Shown here in pieces: positions 37,396-47,215 of a stretch of 64,000 nt of DNA. The notes beneath the pieces were generated by a model. That model was not told the origin of the DNA, searched no databases, and saw only the letters and a program-made list of their open reading frames with translations. Position 1 is the first letter of the stretch. Every line of letters starts with the position of its first letter. The DNA is from an uncultured virus (IMG/VR IMGVR_UViG_3300008050_000020). Taxonomy: Duplodnaviria; Heunggongvirae; Uroviricota; Caudoviricetes. A program made the translations under genes and the position numbers. Location of the stretch: the IMG/VR virus record IMGVR_UViG_3300008050_000020; one strand, written 5' to 3'.

Positions 37396-37798
37396 ATCAG
37401 CCGCAGATTTGCGCCGTGTCTTGGGAGGCACAGGCGCAGAAGTCATCGAAATCGATGCTCCCGTCGCAAGCGTTCACAGAAGCAAATTCGCTTTGTGGAC
37501 CGAAGAAGACGATGCTGCCTATGAAGCAGGTGGAGCTCGTCACATCTGGGATGTAACACATCCTGACTTTGACAAACCTTGTCCCTACTTGGCTGTCACG
37601 GTTCAGACGAGTACCTTCGAGACAGTCAAGGAGTTGCGAGAGCTACTTGGTGGGAAGAAGATCTTCTACTACGCCTATGGGACGTTTATTGCGAATCACA
37701 AGCCCCCGACAATTCGCTACACAAGTGACTACACACAGTGGGTTCCCGTCAACGATGGTAAGAATCGTCTTCGTTACGCAATCTGGGTGAACGAGTGA
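37388..37798 (+). CDS. Hypothetical protein, paralogue of 29720-30151
   Basis: Shared TGAxxIEID and KKI motifs. Confidence 0.6.
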   Translation: MIESAADLRRVLGGTGAEVIEIDAPVASVHRSKFALWTEEDDAAYEAGGARHIWDVTHPDFDKPCPYLAVTVQTSTFETVKELRELLGGKKIFYYAYGTFIANHKPPTIRYTSDYTQWVPVNDGKNRLRYAIWVNE

Positions 37799-38367
37799 AT
37801 CAGAATCCTGAACTTATCGTCTTTGTGGGGCCCATGTTCTCAGGAAAGACCACGCGTCTTCTTGCTGCGCTTGATCGCTACCATTACCAAGACAAGAAGA
37901 TTCTCGCATTCAAGCCGATGCTAGATGACCGATACTCCCTCATGGACATCAAGTCCCACAATGGAGCAGGTATTCCGGCGCGCTCAATCCGAAGCGGCCA
38001 GGAGCTATTTGACATCGTTTACAGTGAGAGTGATCTTAGCCGACCTGACGTGATTGCAGTTGACGAGGTCTTCATGATCGATGGTGTCGCAGAGGTTCTC
38101 ATCAATCTCTTCCGCGACGGCTTCACCGTGATTGTCTCTAGTCTGGAAATGTCTGCTGCTTGCAATCCGTTCACTGAGGTTTCGAAGTTGATGCCCTGGG
38201 CGACCAGAATTGAAAAGTGTCCGGCTGTCTGCGCCCACTGTCATCAGGATGCGTACTTTACGCATCGAAAGGTCGAAAACGAGAATGATGACATCCAGGT
38301 TGGGGGATCAGAGCTGTACGAGCCGCGCTGCTGGTCGTGTCATAGTTACATCAACATCAACCAGTGA
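37795..38367 (+). CDS. tdk: Thymidine kinase
   Basis: GPMFSGKTT, IAVDE, CAHC, VGGSELYEPRCWSC. Confidence 0.93.
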   Translation: MNQNPELIVFVGPMFSGKTTRLLAALDRYHYQDKKILAFKPMLDDRYSLMDIKSHNGAGIPARSIRSGQELFDIVYSESDLSRPDVIAVDEVFMIDGVAEVLINLFRDGFTVIVSSLEMSAACNPFTEVSKLMPWATRIEKCPAVCAHCHQDAYFTHRKVENENDDIQVGGSELYEPRCWSCHSYININQ

Positions 38368-38427
38368 TTCAAGTGCGTGTAAATTCGCATGCGCTTGATG
38401 TACAATTGGTTTTTGGAGAGGAGCTAA

Positions 38428-39306
38428 ATGATTGATCCTAGCAAGGTAACCCTCGTCATCTACCATGCAGACTGCTCTGATGGATTTGGCGCAGCATGGT
38501 CAGCTTGGAGTCACCTCGGCAGCCGAGCCGAGTACTATCCTGCCAAGCACGGTACTCCGCCCCCCGACTGTACGGGAAAGGTTGTCGTCTGTCTCGACTT
38601 CGCATTCCCTCGGGAGCAGACGCTAAAGATGATCGAAGAAGCAGATGAGTTTCTGATCATCGATCATCACAAGACAGCAATGGTCGAGCTTGCAGACGTC
38701 AGCCAGACGCTATTCGACATGACGAAGTCAGGAGCAGTTCTGGCGTGGGAGTTCTTCCACCCAGGCAAGGAAGCACCCAAGTTTATCCAGTACATTCAGG
38801 ATCGCGACTTGTGGCGCTGGCAGCTGTCATACTCGAAGGAGTTCTCTGCTGCATTCGACATGGTTCCGTTTGAATTCGAGGAGTACGACAAGCATCTCGA
38901 CGACTCAGTCTTTGACGAAGCATGTAAGCGAGGAAGTTACATCCTCGCGTACTCACGCACCTTTATCGACAAGGCTTGCAAGAACGCAGTCCATCGAACG
39001 TTGAAGGGCAGGTCTTGCCTCGTTGTCAACAGTGCCCATTGGGCTTCTGAAATCGGCGGTCGACTTGCCAAGAGCGCAGACGTCGCGCTTGTCTGGTTCT
39101 TTGATCACCAGCAAGGAAAGATCATCTGCGGCCTCAGGTCAGCGCATGATGACATCGACGTCGCCATTCTGGCCAAGGCGTTCGGCGGCGGCGGGCACCG
39201 AAGGGCAGCTGGCATGCAGCTCACCCTGGGTAACATCGAGGATATCTTTGATGAGCCCGAAGAGGAAGTGCAGACCGCACTCTTCACATCTGGATCGGTT
39301 GAATGA
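38428..39306 (+). CDS. DHH/DHHA1 phosphoesterase
   Basis: YHADCSDG, LDF, IDHH, GLRS, FGGGGHRRAAG. Confidence 0.9.
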   Translation: MIDPSKVTLVIYHADCSDGFGAAWSAWSHLGSRAEYYPAKHGTPPPDCTGKVVVCLDFAFPREQTLKMIEEADEFLIIDHHKTAMVELADVSQTLFDMTKSGAVLAWEFFHPGKEAPKFIQYIQDRDLWRWQLSYSKEFSAAFDMVPFEFEEYDKHLDDSVFDEACKRGSYILAYSRTFIDKACKNAVHRTLKGRSCLVVNSAHWASEIGGRLAKSADVALVWFFDHQQGKIICGLRSAHDDIDVAILAKAFGGGGHRRAAGMQLTLGNIEDIFDEPEEEVQTALFTSGSVE

Positions 39307-39728
39307 GCCGACCAACTTGGGGCTACATCTGGATGCAGTTTGCTCGGACAATCGCTGAGCGTTCTGTAGATCCCAAGTGTCAAGTCGGCTGTGCTGTTGT
39401 GTCAGATGACAATACGCAGGTGTTCGCGGTCGGATACAACGGTGACCACGCTGGCGGTCCCAACAAGCGTGACAGTTTGGAAGTCGGACGTGCAGGCTTT
39501 ATTCACGCCGAGATCAACGCTCTCATCAAGTGTGACTACAACTCAACAAAGACGAAGATTATGTACGTCACACTGTCTCCGTGTCGAATGTGCGCGAAAG
39601 CAATCATCAACGCCGGGATTAGCGAAGTGGTTTACGATCGGGAGTACGCTCCCGATCTTTCTGGTCTGACACTTCTTGAAAATGCCGGCATTCGGGTGCG
39701 GAAGTTCGAAGAATCAGGGAATAGTTAG
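39303..39728 (+). CDS. dCMP deaminase
   Basis: GYNG, IHAEINAL, TLSPCRMCAK. Confidence 0.92.
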   Translation: MSRPTWGYIWMQFARTIAERSVDPKCQVGCAVVSDDNTQVFAVGYNGDHAGGPNKRDSLEVGRAGFIHAEINALIKCDYNSTKTKIMYVTLSPCRMCAKAIINAGISEVVYDREYAPDLSGLTLLENAGIRVRKFEESGNS

Positions 39729-39757
39729 TAGTCGCCGCTACTGTAGCGTAGGACGAC

Positions 39758-40063
39758 ATGAACAGCCCTGACGACAATACACACCAGAAGTTGATGGAGT
39801 CGGTTGACGCTCTCATTCAAGAGCAGTCTGATCAGACACCCTCACTTATGGATATCTTCGAGAGTCCTGATGAGGCTTCGCAGATTATCACACACACGAA
39901 GCTTCAAGAGGCTCTCGGTGATGATGTTGATCTTGTCTTGAAGGTCGCAGATCTTCTTGTCGAATCGGGTGTCGAAGTTCAGAACGATCTCTTGACAGAA
40001 GAAGATCATCAAGCGCTCGAAGCATGGCGGAAGCTTGCTGGCATCGCAGGAGACGTAGCATGA
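39758..40063 (+). CDS. Acidic hypothetical protein ending in WRKLAGI
   Basis: AATAGTTA upstream; first gene of the tagged block. Confidence 0.6.
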   Translation: MNSPDDNTHQKLMESVDALIQEQSDQTPSLMDIFESPDEASQIITHTKLQEALGDDVDLVLKVADLLVESGVEVQNDLLTEEDHQALEAWRKLAGIAGDVA

Positions 40064-40341
40064 AGGCTCTCAATGAAGGTGACATTCTTCGCATGCTTCG
40101 CGAAGAATATGATCTAAAGCTAGAGAGGGTGCTGTCTGAGATCAACACGGCACCTTTTCCCGGGCAGGAAGATGATCGAGCACCTGTCGTCTCTCCGGAT
40201 CTCAAGATTCGACACAAGAAGACGAATCTGCTGTATACTGTTGACAGTGTAAGTCCTAACGACGTGACGCTTCGCTCTCCTGAGGGAGATCGGTTCACCG
40301 TGGCTGCTGACGAGTTCGAGAAGGAGTATGACCTTGACTGA
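40060..40341 (+). CDS. Hypothetical protein (ILRMLREE tag)
   Basis: GGAG RBS; ATGA coupling. Confidence 0.6.
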   Translation: MKALNEGDILRMLREEYDLKLERVLSEINTAPFPGQEDDRAPVVSPDLKIRHKKTNLLYTVDSVSPNDVTLRSPEGDRFTVAADEFEKEYDLD

Positions 40342-41041
40342 CAAGACAACCATTGAAACCCCCGATATTGTGAGCCTCATTCGCCGAGATCTCAAGATCG
40401 AAGGGAAGACAGGTGATCAGCTCAGTGAAGCTTACGTGGCTCTTCCGAAGAAGTTCACGCTGAACACGGAGCTCCTCGGGCCTAAGACAAAGCATGCTCA
40501 CGAAGAGAAGTATGAGTCGTACATCAAGGCACTCAACAATGTAAGCGCCAAGCTTGATGTCGCAGACCGCAAGAACGTGTCAGCCAACACTTCGCCCTAT
40601 CGAGCGCTGAAGGGTGACGAAGTTCGCAACATGAATGCTGTGTATCTTCACGAGCTCTACTTTGCAAACATTAGCGACGTCCACAGCCAGATTGACATGG
40701 ACACGCTTTCGTACATGCGCCTGGAGAGAGACTTCGGTACGTTCGATGATTGGCAGTTCGACATGATTGCCGCGTCGATGGCATCGCGAGACGGCTGGGC
40801 GGTTACCGCTTACAGCACATTCCTTCAGCGCTACATCACGTTCTTCATTGATGAGCACGACCAAGGAATTCCGGTCGGTTGCTATCCCATCGTTGTTATC
40901 GACGTATGGGAGCACGCCTACTTCCGCGACTACCTCAATGATCGCAAGGCTTACGTCTACGCAATGTTGAAGGAACTTCGCTGGGATGTCATTGAAGAGC
41001 GAGTCAAGCGCGCCGAGAAGATTGCTCTGGCCGTGAGATAA
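40328..41041 (+). CDS. Fe/Mn superoxide dismutase family protein
   Basis: H..KY..Y, LHELYF, DFG, GWAV, IDVWEHAYF. Confidence 0.85.
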   Translation: MTLTDKTTIETPDIVSLIRRDLKIEGKTGDQLSEAYVALPKKFTLNTELLGPKTKHAHEEKYESYIKALNNVSAKLDVADRKNVSANTSPYRALKGDEVRNMNAVYLHELYFANISDVHSQIDMDTLSYMRLERDFGTFDDWQFDMIAASMASRDGWAVTAYSTFLQRYITFFIDEHDQGIPVGCYPIVVIDVWEHAYFRDYLNDRKAYVYAMLKELRWDVIEERVKRAEKIALAVR

Positions 41042-41042
41042 G

Positions 41043-41648
41043 ATGCGAACTTCGGTCGCTAAGATTAGGACACTGGTGCGTGAGGCTCTGATGCTAGAGT
41101 CTTTTGGCGCCGGTGATCTCGTTGTGATGGCCGATGATGAAGTGCCCGGAATCAAGTTCGAGCCGGGCGACGACGGCCACGGTGCGACGTTCAATCTTCC
41201 GCGAGTGTCTGCACGGTCCGGCCAGGAAATCGTAGTTCAGGCACTCGGTCCCCCACAGAGAACAGATTGGGGAATCAAGATTCCGCTCAAGGGATTTCAG
41301 GGCATTTTCTTCGTAGATCCTGGTGCGCTTTCTCGCGCTCCCGAAGATGCTGATGGACCACAGGACTCTGTTGATGCATTCTGGTGGTCCCGCCGGCGCG
41401 AAGAGATGGAAGACGCCGGTCGCATGAAGAATCTGGGCGTCAAGCGTGGCACAGGCCGCTATAAGTCTACGCACTGGGAACTCTGGGAAGCTCCTGACGA
41501 GCACAAGACCGAAGACGCTGTAATGGGCGCATTTAGGCAAATGTCTCAGGACTGGCCGGTGTGGTCAGCAAAAGCAGTTCGTGATCCTGACGCCGGAAAG
41601 TGGTACGTCAATTACGAGCTAGATACCAGCGAGCAGGAGCCTACGTAA
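41043..41648 (+). CDS. Hypothetical protein with KIRTLVREALMLE tag
   Basis: Shared tag. Confidence 0.65.
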   Translation: MRTSVAKIRTLVREALMLESFGAGDLVVMADDEVPGIKFEPGDDGHGATFNLPRVSARSGQEIVVQALGPPQRTDWGIKIPLKGFQGIFFVDPGALSRAPEDADGPQDSVDAFWWSRRREEMEDAGRMKNLGVKRGTGRYKSTHWELWEAPDEHKTEDAVMGAFRQMSQDWPVWSAKAVRDPDAGKWYVNYELDTSEQEPT

Positions 41649-41652
41649 GACT

Positions 41653-41859
41653 ATGCAGATCACTGTTAGAAAGCTGAAGGGTCTCGTTCGTGAGGCCGTC
41701 CGCCGAGGAAAGCTACAGGAATGTGGCGATGCACCTTGCGGTCCGTGCGATGCAAAGAAGAAGGCTGTTCGAGATCCATACGGTGAAGACGCTTTCGCTT
41801 ATGACATGCTTATGGCCGGTGAGGCCGACTTTATCGAAGAAGATCCCGGCCCTGGCTGA
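41653..41859 (+). CDS. Small protein with MQITVRKLKGLVREA tag
   Basis: Shared tag; CCTACGTA upstream. Confidence 0.6.
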   Translation: MQITVRKLKGLVREAVRRGKLQECGDAPCGPCDAKKKAVRDPYGEDAFAYDMLMAGEADFIEEDPGPG

Positions 41860-41873
41860 GGAATGGAGGTACA

Positions 41874-42455
41874 GTGAGGTTCACTGCAAATCAGATTAGA
41901 AAGATCATTCGCGAGGAAATGACGGGCCACCAGGAGCCGTCGCTTGGTCGCAAGTCTCGTCTGTCTTCCGATTCTTTGGACGACCAGATTGATTCGCTTT
42001 TCATTAAGTTTGAGTCAGAGAGTGTCAAGACTGAGTCTGTTAGAAGTCTTTTCAACTTGATGTTTGAGGCGCCTGAAGATGAAGAAGAGGAGGATGCGCT
42101 CGACCCAGGCGAAGAGGAAGCGCCGCAAGAAGAGGAGCCTGCTGAGCCGCCTTCTTCGGTTGGCTCTGAGGAGCGCGACGAGGAAGTCTCGGGCGAGCCG
42201 GGCAAGCCGCCTCTTGACATGGATCAGTTCACGCATCGAGTAGTTCGTCTAATCGAGAACTACGATTCTTTGCTTGACATTCGCACGGTAATTTTGAACC
42301 GTGCTGCGAACTACGTCCTGGAGAACTACGACGAAGCCGCCGTGGGTGACTTTGAAGATACTCTCGAGATTGACCACGGCTTGTCGCTTGATCCTAAGGA
42401 CAGCGACGAAGAGACTCCAATGGCAATTGGAGCAGGTCCCGCCGGGGGCGCTTGA
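41874..42455 (+). CDS. Acidic protein with QIRKIIREE tag
   Basis: GGAGG RBS; shared tag. Confidence 0.7.
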   Translation: MRFTANQIRKIIREEMTGHQEPSLGRKSRLSSDSLDDQIDSLFIKFESESVKTESVRSLFNLMFEAPEDEEEEDALDPGEEEAPQEEEPAEPPSSVGSEERDEEVSGEPGKPPLDMDQFTHRVVRLIENYDSLLDIRTVILNRAANYVLENYDEAAVGDFEDTLEIDHGLSLDPKDSDEETPMAIGAGPAGGA

Positions 42456-42754
42456 TGGCAGAGAAGGATCGTTTTGATTTTCAGCGCAAGAAGTCGCTGC
42501 ATATCAATCTGAAGACCGAGACTCACGCAGCATTTCGGATTGAGCTTTTCAAGCGCGGTCTGTCGATGCAAGAGACCCTCGAAGATTTCGCAATGCTCGT
42601 CGGTATTGAGAACGCTCCCGCGATGAGAATTCTTGACAACCTTGTCGAAAAGAAGAAGAACAAGGAAGTTGAGGGCCTGACCGAAACAGAGGCCGACGAG
42701 ATCTATAGAATGCTTGAGGAGGATGGGCCGCTCGCTCAGCACTCCGGGAGATGA
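42455..42754 (+). CDS. Possible ribbon-helix-helix DNA-binding protein
   Basis: KSLHINLKTETHAAFR..RGLSMQE pattern. Confidence 0.5.
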   Translation: MAEKDRFDFQRKKSLHINLKTETHAAFRIELFKRGLSMQETLEDFAMLVGIENAPAMRILDNLVEKKKNKEVEGLTETEADEIYRMLEEDGPLAQHSGR

Positions 42755-42755
42755 T

Positions 42756-43022
42756 TTGGAACTTCTCGACTTCCTGCTTGACCAGCAAAAGGAACGAGAG
42801 CTATCAGATCTTGTTCTCGCGCTAAGCAAAGCGCTCCAGGAACGCGACGCAACGATTCGAGCGCTTACTGAGAAGGTAAGAGAGAATCGAGAAGCACTTC
42901 AGGCTCTGGCAAACTCTCAAGCAGTTCTCAACCAGAATCAGCATGACCTTGCAGCTAGACAAGTGTCGTCTACAGTGTTTCCCGTTTACCGCTCTTCGAC
43001 AGATGATGACACCTGGAACTGA
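42756..43022 (+). CDS. Coiled-coil hypothetical protein
   Basis: GGAG then TTG; heptad-like sequence. Confidence 0.5.
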   Translation: MELLDFLLDQQKERELSDLVLALSKALQERDATIRALTEKVRENREALQALANSQAVLNQNQHDLAARQVSSTVFPVYRSSTDDDTWN

Positions 43023-43058
43023 GTTGGGGATACTTACTCTCGACACTTGGAGGATAAG

Positions 43059-43283
43059 ATGTCTGAAGGAACTGAGCTTGAAGTCAAGCCTCCCGTAGCC
43101 AAGGGATTCTTGGATCGCTGCCTTGAGAAGGCAATTAGTCGAAAGCTGCTTGTTTTTGCAGTTGCCACAAGCTTGCTGCTTGCCAACACATCTCTGGACT
43201 CAGAGACTTGGGGCTGGGTTGCACTCGTGTACATTGGCGGGCAGTCTGCTGTTGACACTATGAAGGCTTACAGAGGACTCTGA
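43059..43283 (+). CDS. Small membrane protein, holin-like
   Basis: Two hydrophobic helices (SRKLLVFAVATSLLL; WGWVALVYIGGQ); GGAGG RBS. Confidence 0.55.
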   Translation: MSEGTELEVKPPVAKGFLDRCLEKAISRKLLVFAVATSLLLANTSLDSETWGWVALVYIGGQSAVDTMKAYRGL

Positions 43284-43696
43284 TGAACTGGCTGGCAATC
43301 AAAGCTTGGTTGTCAAAGGCCATGGTCTGGTGCAAGGTTCACTGGGAGCTTCTCCTGGGACTTGCAGTAGGACTGGTCGTCCTGGTTGTATTCCGCCGAG
43401 GCAGTCCAGATTTTTCTAACCTCTATCGTCAGATGATGGAGAGGCAAAAGGAAGAAGTGGATGCCATTGACGCATTGCACCAGAAGGAGATCAAGCTACA
43501 AGAAGAGGCAGCTCAACGAGCCCTTGAAGCGATGAAGCAGGTCGAAGAAGACTATGCTAGTCGTAGTGAAGCTCTAGACAAGAAGAAGCGCCGAGAGGTA
43601 GAGAAGGTCATCGAAGCGTCTAAGAACGATCCAGATGATCTCGCTCGTCGTCTTGCTGAGCTAACAGGTGCTACTTTCGTACCTCGAGGTGAATGA
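43283..43696 (+). CDS. N-terminal TM plus coiled coil, inner-spanin-like
   Basis: LLLGLAVGLVVLVVF followed by charged helical region. Confidence 0.5.
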   Translation: MNWLAIKAWLSKAMVWCKVHWELLLGLAVGLVVLVVFRRGSPDFSNLYRQMMERQKEEVDAIDALHQKEIKLQEEAAQRALEAMKQVEEDYASRSEALDKKKRREVEKVIEASKNDPDDLARRLAELTGATFVPRGE

Positions 43697-44175
43697 TGGA
43701 GAAGTTGATTGCTTGGTTTCTGGCGCTGGCACTCATTCTTGTTCCTGTCACAGCAAACGCACAAGAAGATCTTGATCCCGCGCCAGGTGGTCAGGTAACT
43801 TTCATTGAAGAGGGCGAACCAGCTCCCTTTGATGGGACGCTGTATGATCGACTTGCATCAGCTGAGCTTATCGTCCGGCTAGAGACTGAAGACGAAGCTT
43901 GCGAGATTGAGATTGACCGAGCTGTCGGTGAAAATGATGTCACTTGGCAGCTCCGTTACGACCAGCTCGATGCGCGGTACAAGATCTCCACGGAGACCTA
44001 CGAAGCTAAGGTCTCTACTCGAGATGATATGCTTGAATTGCAGGACGAGCAGCTAGAGAAGCTAAGAAATCCGAGGACTGAGCTTGTCTTCGCAGGTGGC
44101 GTAGTAGCTGGCATCGGACTTACCGTTCTTGCGGGCTGGGCGATTGGTCAGGCTGCCAACGCTCCGAGCAACTGA
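43696..44175 (+). CDS. Signal peptide, coiled coil and C-terminal TM; spanin-like
   Basis: ANA|Q signal site; C-terminal LVFAGGVVAGIGLTVLAGW. Confidence 0.5.
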   Translation: MEKLIAWFLALALILVPVTANAQEDLDPAPGGQVTFIEEGEPAPFDGTLYDRLASAELIVRLETEDEACEIEIDRAVGENDVTWQLRYDQLDARYKISTETYEAKVSTRDDMLELQDEQLEKLRNPRTELVFAGGVVAGIGLTVLAGWAIGQAANAPSN

Positions 44176-44219
44176 TCTTTGACCCCAGATTCGATACGTA
44201 GAAGGGTAGGAGAGCACAC

Positions 44220-45326
44220 GTGCAAGTAGCAGTCTCAGAAGAAGCTGTTCGAGGTATGCTTCGCAACCTTCTTGAAAGCGGCCCAGAAGAGGGTGCGCCA
44301 TCTCTTGAAGGCGAAAGCGAAAAAGCACCTCCCGCTCCAGTTGTCGTTGTAGAGCCTCCCGTTGAGGAGCTACCCGTTGATCCCAATCCTGAGATCGGCA
44401 CTGAGGGTGTGTTCGAGCTACCACCAATTGAAGACCCGGAATACGTTCCAGGGACACAGCAGGAACTCGCGAAGGCAGCATTTGCTGTTGGCAAGAGCAT
44501 TCCTTCACAGAATGTTGAGCAGTTTTGGAAGGAACTGGACCGACTGGCAGCTCAGGCTGAGACCTGGCAGGAGAAAGAGACCATGAAGACCCAGCAGGCC
44601 GAGCACGTGCTACGGCGCAAGATTCGGACAATGATTCGCGAAGCAGCGGGTGATCCCATGTCCGGCTTTTACAACGACGAGGACGATTCTCACGAAGACT
44701 TCGAGTTCTCTGACGAGGAAATTGCTTCTGCACGTGCAGATGCGAAGGCGTCGGCGATGGCCGGTGCGAAGAAGTCCTGGTCAGATATCCAGACTAGCAA
44801 GCCCAAGAAGCCTAAGGGTAAGACCACGACAGCGTGGGATCTTGCTGCAGCCGGAAAGCTAGGCAAGCCCGACCAGGTTCGCAGTGCAGACCTCGATCTT
44901 CCTGTGGGTGAGCGACACCGCGAAACTTCGTGGGAAGAGATTGCAACTGACCAGGGATTCAAGTCTCCCTCAGGTGCTAAGCAGTTCGTTGACGATCCTG
45001 GTCGTCTCATGGATCGAACTCGCTTTCTCATGACGATGTACCAGAACGAGCCCGAGAAGTTCCAGGCAATGGTGGGTGATGCCACCATCGCATACGCTGA
45101 TGCTCTGCTCGACGCTGGCTCTATCGAAGCAGAAGATGCTGACTATCTCAAGTCCAACCCCGAGCACACTCAGACTCTCGAGTCCTTCCGCGTCTTCCTC
45201 AAGAAGTACGTCATGAAGCTTATGCGTAAGGATCCAGACATTCAGAAGCATATCAAGGGCCGCAAGGACTCTCGAGCTGCTGATCGGGCCGCGCGCAAGA
45301 AGAGGAAGCTCGGGTCGATGATCTGA
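44220..45326 (+). CDS. Hypothetical protein with N-terminal and internal tags
   Basis: AVRGMLRNLLE; VLRRKIRTMIRE; GATACGTA upstream. Confidence 0.7.
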   Translation: MQVAVSEEAVRGMLRNLLESGPEEGAPSLEGESEKAPPAPVVVVEPPVEELPVDPNPEIGTEGVFELPPIEDPEYVPGTQQELAKAAFAVGKSIPSQNVEQFWKELDRLAAQAETWQEKETMKTQQAEHVLRRKIRTMIREAAGDPMSGFYNDEDDSHEDFEFSDEEIASARADAKASAMAGAKKSWSDIQTSKPKKPKGKTTTAWDLAAAGKLGKPDQVRSADLDLPVGERHRETSWEEIATDQGFKSPSGAKQFVDDPGRLMDRTRFLMTMYQNEPEKFQAMVGDATIAYADALLDAGSIEAEDADYLKSNPEHTQTLESFRVFLKKYVMKLMRKDPDIQKHIKGRKDSRAADRAARKKRKLGSMI

Positions 45327-45335
45327 GGAGGACTT

Positions 45336-45746
45336 ATGCGTCTCCTCAAGGAGCTTCGAGCCAACATTACGCCCGACGAGATGGAGAAGGTCTCTCTCCC
45401 TTCGTCGGTCTTGCGTATTTTGCCGCAAGCCGAAGCAATGGTCGACGACGACCATCGCCCTGTCCGAGTAAACAAAACCAAGTGGGAACGACGACAGAAT
45501 CCTGAACGTCTCGTTCGAACATACGACTTCGAGGATTATGACTATCTTCGAATGTTCGTGTCAGATCTTCTTGATTACCAGCAGGTCCTGGGACATCATG
45601 CTGACATCAAGGTCACGAAGGAAGAAGTGACTGTTGCTGTCTGGACGCACGGCGTGTCAGCTATCACAGAAATTGATGTCGAGTTTGCTCGCGAAGCCGA
45701 GGCGATCTACCAGGACGTTCGATTTAAGATTCGAGGCATGCACTGA
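45336..45746 (+). CDS. Pterin-4a-carbinolamine dehydratase-like protein
   Basis: LVRTYDFEDY, HHADI, WTH..AITEID. Confidence 0.75.
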   Translation: MRLLKELRANITPDEMEKVSLPSSVLRILPQAEAMVDDDHRPVRVNKTKWERRQNPERLVRTYDFEDYDYLRMFVSDLLDYQQVLGHHADIKVTKEEVTVAVWTHGVSAITEIDVEFAREAEAIYQDVRFKIRGMH

Positions 45747-46156
45747 TGAGTGATGATGCATACTCGGGCTTGCTGATGAGTGAAGCTCTAGATGATCGAC
45801 TAAACGAAGACGTGCTTTTGAACGGCCCACCGAAGAGTTCAGATCCCCAACCTCGTATTCGGGTAATGACAACAGCTGTTGTCAAGACTCGACAGACAGA
45901 TCTCGTGCGCGAAAGCACAATTTGTGAAGGTGATCTCGCTTCGATTACTCGACAGAAGGGTGAACCCACCGAGGTCACTATCAGAGTAGATGCAGAAGGT
46001 TGCAGAGCCTTGCTGGTTGGATTCAAAGAACTCGCCCTACAGGTTAACCTGCTCAAGGACGAAGAACTCACCTGGACCTCCCTGGGAACTTTCCGCAAGG
46101 AGATCACACTTTCGTCAGTAACCACCGATGGTGCATTGCTGACTGTAACCAAGTAG
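45746..46156 (+). CDS. Hypothetical protein
   Basis: TGATG-coupled ORF. Confidence 0.55.
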   Translation: MSDDAYSGLLMSEALDDRLNEDVLLNGPPKSSDPQPRIRVMTTAVVKTRQTDLVRESTICEGDLASITRQKGEPTEVTIRVDAEGCRALLVGFKELALQVNLLKDEELTWTSLGTFRKEITLSSVTTDGALLTVTK

Positions 46157-46202
46157 CGGACGAAGATACTTAGCGACAGGTACTTTCGTTCCGGAGGATC
46201 CA

Positions 46203-46373
46203 ATGAGCGGTTTTGATAAGTTCATGGACGACATTGTTAAGCGCGAAGAAGTGGCGAAGAAGCGCGCCAAGATTCTGGCCGAGCGCGAGAATGATGAAGT
46301 GCACCCGCAGCGCCAGAAGCAGAAGCTCTATCAAGAGCGTCCGCAGAACAGCATTCGCTGGAGGCGAAAGTGA
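46203..46373 (+). CDS. Small basic protein (56 aa, below ORF-track cutoff)
   Basis: GGAGG RBS; MSGFDKFMDDIVKREE...IRWRRK; stop overlaps next GTG. Confidence 0.65.
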   Translation: MSGFDKFMDDIVKREEVAKKRAKILAERENDEVHPQRQKQKLYQERPQNSIRWRRK

Positions 46374-47212
46374 GCAAGAATGTCAAGATCAGAACGGCAC
46401 CCGGACTTGATGCATTCCTGACACTTCTGGCTGAGGAAAGCGTAGTCAAGGCTCGAAGTGATCTAAGAAATGGAACGTATGCCTCAGAAGAAGAGATTCT
46501 CCAGCGAGCTGCTGGCGACGAGAAGAAGGCGCAGGGTGCTCTAAGCAAGAATCTTGATCGTCTCGGTGGAAGCTGGGGTTCTGAGTACAAGCCGCAGCAG
46601 GCACACGAAGAAGCTGATGATGACATCTTCAAGTCAATCGCTTCAAGCGGAAGTGGCGGTGCCAAGGAAGATGAAAAGAAGCCTTCGAAGAAGAAGGCTG
46701 CACCTGAAGAGAAGCCCGAGACTGAGCCCGAAGAGCCTGCTGAGGATGAAGCAGGTGATGAGGAGACAAGCGACTCTGGTCGAGTAGGTGGCGAGGAGCG
46801 AATCTCTTTCACAATGATTCGTGATGAGCTCAACACAATCCGCTCTGGTCGTTCGCTAAGAGATAAGGAAATCCGAGCTGAGCTCAAGGATTACGTCACC
46901 GGGCTAGACACCGACGAGCGAATCGCACTGCATGCATTCCTCAAGGGCATCGGCCAGATTCTTACCGCGGGAATCGATAGTGAGCAGGCAGATGAACCGA
47001 GCGAAGAACCTCACGATATTAAAATGAGTCGTGACTCCGATGGGGATTCAGGTGGTTCAACTCCGCGCCCGAAGAAGAAGCAGGGCGCCGTCAAGAAGCC
47101 CGTTAATCGCGCCAAGCAGCGTGGTCTCGAAGATACGTCAGCTCCCATCCAGGTCGGTCGGAAGCAGGCAACCGAGAGCATTCGGCGCAGAATCCGCGAC
47201 CTGATGGGATAA
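46370..47212 (+). CDS. Acidic/low-complexity protein with C-terminal ESIRRRIRDLM tag
   Basis: ORF; tag at C-terminus. Confidence 0.7.
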   Translation: MSKNVKIRTAPGLDAFLTLLAEESVVKARSDLRNGTYASEEEILQRAAGDEKKAQGALSKNLDRLGGSWGSEYKPQQAHEEADDDIFKSIASSGSGGAKEDEKKPSKKKAAPEEKPETEPEEPAEDEAGDEETSDSGRVGGEERISFTMIRDELNTIRSGRSLRDKEIRAELKDYVTGLDTDERIALHAFLKGIGQILTAGIDSEQADEPSEEPHDIKMSRDSDGDSGGSTPRPKKKQGAVKKPVNRAKQRGLEDTSAPIQVGRKQATESIRRRIRDLMG

Positions 47213-47215
47213 TAC

